A stretch of 63,810 nucleotides of DNA, counting the filler, from Chiloscyllium plagiosum (Eukaryota): NCBI RefSeq assembly GCF_004010195.1. It is 5 parts of one record of this genome, joined end to end, with 100 filler letters (N's around TTAATTAATTAA, not from the genome) between each part and the next. Parts side by side here need not be neighbours in the genome. Positions count along the whole stretch, not along the records: positions 60,950 to 63,810 come from NC_057715.1; 4 more parts are not named here. One strand, written 5' to 3'. Both the position numbers and the translations under genes were made by a program. Below are positions 61,296 through 63,810 of this stretch, one piece after another. How positions within the stretch are numbered: the first letter of the stretch is position 1; every line of letters begins with the position of its first letter. Under the pieces are notes generated by a model. The model searched no databases. It had not been told where the DNA came from and saw nothing but the letters and a program-made list of their open reading frames with translations.

Positions 61296-61795
61296 NNNNN
61301 NNNNNNNNNNNNNNNNNNNNNNNNNNNNNNNNNNNNNNNNNNNNNNNNNNNNNNNNNNNNNNNNNNNNNNNNNNNNNNNNNNNNNNNNNNNNNNNNNNNN
61401 NNNNNNNNNNNNNNNNNNNNNNNNNNNNNNNNNNNNNNNNNNNNNNNNNNNNNNNNNNNNNNNNNNNNNNNNNNNNNNNNNNNNNNNNNNNNNNNNNNNN
61501 NNNNNNNNNNNNNNNNNNNNNNNNNNNNNNNNNNNNNNNNNNNNNNNNNNNNNNNNNNNNNNNNNNNNNNNNNNNNNNNNNNNNNNNNNNNNNNNNNNNN
61601 NNNNNNNNNNNNNNNNNNNNNNNNNNNNNNNNNNNNNNNNNNNNNNNNNNNNNNNNNNNNNNNNNNNNNNNNNNNNNNNNNNNNNNNNNNNNNNNNNNNN
61701 NNNNNNNNNNNNNNNNNNNNNNNNNNNNNNNNNNNNNNNNNNNNNNNNNNNNNNNNNNNNNNNNNNNNNNNNNNNNNNNNNNNNNNNNNNNNNNN
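61296..61795. other. 500-N scaffold gap
   Basis: Run of N. Confidence 0.99.
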
Positions 61796-62034
61796 AAGTC
61801 ACCCATGAAGTTGGATGACTTCATTTCAGCATGTTTTAGGGGCTTACTGAAGATACTGGTGCAATAAGATACAATTATTTTTACAGCTAAATCTGTAACT
61901 TGCAGAGCAGACTCAGTATTGCTCTCCTCCTTTTAACTTTAGAATCTGCATGGCATTTCTGAATACAGGTTGCACCTTGACAATACAAGCTCAGTGCATT
62001 TGCGTGACAGCCAAATGAATATGGCACAGAGAAA

Positions 62035-63270
62035 GGAATAGAAATAGAGAAAATAGGAGGACTTGGCTACTCAGCCCTTCGAGTCTGCTCTGCCATTCAA
62101 TATGATCAAGGCTGATCATCCAACTCAGTACCCTGTCCCCGCTTTCGTCCATATTCTTTGATCTCTTTGGCCCTGAGAACTATGTCTAACTCGTTATTGA
62201 AAAATTTTAATATTTTGGCCTCAACTGATTTCTGTGAATTACTTTATTATTATTGTCACACATACCAAGACAGTGAAAACTTTTGTGTTGCGTGTTAACC
62301 AGACAAATTGTACCTTACACAAGTACCTCAGAGCAATAGAACAGAATGTAAAATATAGTGTTGCAGCTACAAAGAAGATGCAGAGAAAGATCAGCTCCAG
62401 TATATGACAGGTCCATTCATAAGTCTGATAACAACGGGGAAAAAGCTGTTCTTGAATCTGTTGATATATGTTTTCTGCCCAATGAAAAAAGGTGGAAGAG
62501 AGTATAACTAGGTTCTTCGATTATGTTGGCTTATTTCCCAAGGCAGTAGGAAATGTAGACTGACTCAATAGCAGCCTGAGAATTCCACAGGCTCACCACC
62601 CTCTGGGTGATGAAATTTTTCATCTCTGTCCTAAATAGCCTAACCCGTACTCTTAGACTGTGACCCCCAGTTCTGGACTCCTCAATCATAGGGAACATCG
62701 TTCCTGCATTTATTCTATCTAGACCTATTAGGATTTTATTGGTTTCTATGAGATCCCCTTCTCACTCTTCTGTACTCCAGTGAATATAATCCTAATCATT
62801 CCAAATTTGCTCCATATATCAGTCTAGTCATCCCAGGAATCAGTCTAGTGAACATTCTTTGTACTTAGATTAAGGAGACCGTCCTCAGAAAAGGAGCCCA
62901 AAACTGCAAATACTCCAGGTGTGGCCTCACCAAGCTCCTGTTAAACTACAGCAAGACATCCTGCTCCTGCACTCAAATCCACTTTGCTATGAGGGCCAAC
63001 ATACCATTTGCCTTCTTAAGACCATAAGAAATAGGAACAGAAGCCTCTACAGCCTGCTCCGCCATTCATTTTTCACCACCTGCTGCATTTGCAATACTTA
63101 CTTTCATTAGCTTGTGTACAAGATCACCCATACCTCGTTGCAACTCCCTATTTCCTAATCCAGTGTTTTCCTGTTTTATCCTATACAAAGTGGATAATCC
63201 CACATTTAACTTTATCTACTATGCATTTGCCCATTCAACTTGTCCAAATCCCACTGATGCATCCCTACAT
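62035..63270 (-). mobile_element. CR1 LINE 3' part interrupted by a Rex1-like 3' end (62245-62570)
   Basis: Reverse CR1 motifs and tail. Confidence 0.75.
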
Positions 63271-63314
63271 TTTCCTATGACCACGCTAACATTCTGGGGA
63301 TTTAAGTCCAAATC

Positions 63315-63810
63315 ACGAGCTAGTGAGGGTAGGAATAGGAGGATTGAGATGAATGCGTGGCTGAGGAGCTGGTTTATGGGAGAAGGATTCACATTTTTGG
63401 ATCATTGGAATCTCTTTTGGGATAGAAGTGACTTGTACAAGAAGGACGCATTGCACCTAAATTGGAAGGGGACTAATTTACTGGCAGGGAAATTTGCTAG
63501 AACTGCTTGGGAGGATTTAAACTAGTAAGGTGGAGGGGTGGGACCCAGGGAGATAGTGAGGAAAGAGATCAATCTGAGACTGGTACAGTTGAGAACAGAA
63601 GTGAATCAAACAGTAAGGGCAGGTATGGACAAGATAGGACAAATAAATTATACTGCATTTATTTCAATGCAAGGGGCCTAACAGAGAAGGCAGATGAACT
63701 TAGGGCATGGATAGGAACATGGGACTGGAATATCATAGCAATTACAGAAACATGGCTCAGGTTTGGGCAGGACTGGCAGCTTAATGTTCCAGGATACAAA
63801 TGCTACAGGA
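63315..63810 (+). mobile_element. CR1 ORF1 end (esterase) and start of ORF2 (APE endonuclease)
   Basis: DLYKKDALHLN; CIYFNARGL..KADEL, IIAITETWL. Confidence 0.9.

Noticed and set aside
61269..61824. ORFs of 175-181 aa
   Set aside because: They only span the 500-N gap

Overview
Repeat-dense vertebrate genomic DNA, almost certainly from a shark or other elasmobranch (HE1/V-SINEs, Deu-domain SINEs, CR1/HER1-type LINEs, shark-type Penelope-like elements, PLEs). I found no intact host protein-coding gene; most ORFs in the track are decayed retroelement pieces or noise. Main contents: (1) a near full-length but dead Gmr1-like Gypsy LTR retrotransposon (8124-14626) with the unusual PR-INT-RT-RH order, in a multi-level nest of CR1 and PLE insertions; (2) many small, often fold-back, PLE insertions with 8-16 bp TSDs carrying minimal hammerhead-ribozyme motifs (at least three sequence families); (3) a TSD-flanked chimera (42051-42429) of a PLE terminus fused to a 54-codon fragment of a 5-aminolevulinate synthase (ALAS) gene; (4) a ~5.5 kb, 54-bp-unit satellite (35983-41453) that grew inside a single Deu-SINE copy; (5) a 75-bp retro-tail flanked by a 108-bp duplication; (6) solo LTRs, RTE and Rex1 fragments, minisatellites and five assembly gaps. 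Family names come from recalled consensus motifs, not database searches. Boundaries of old repeats are approximate.
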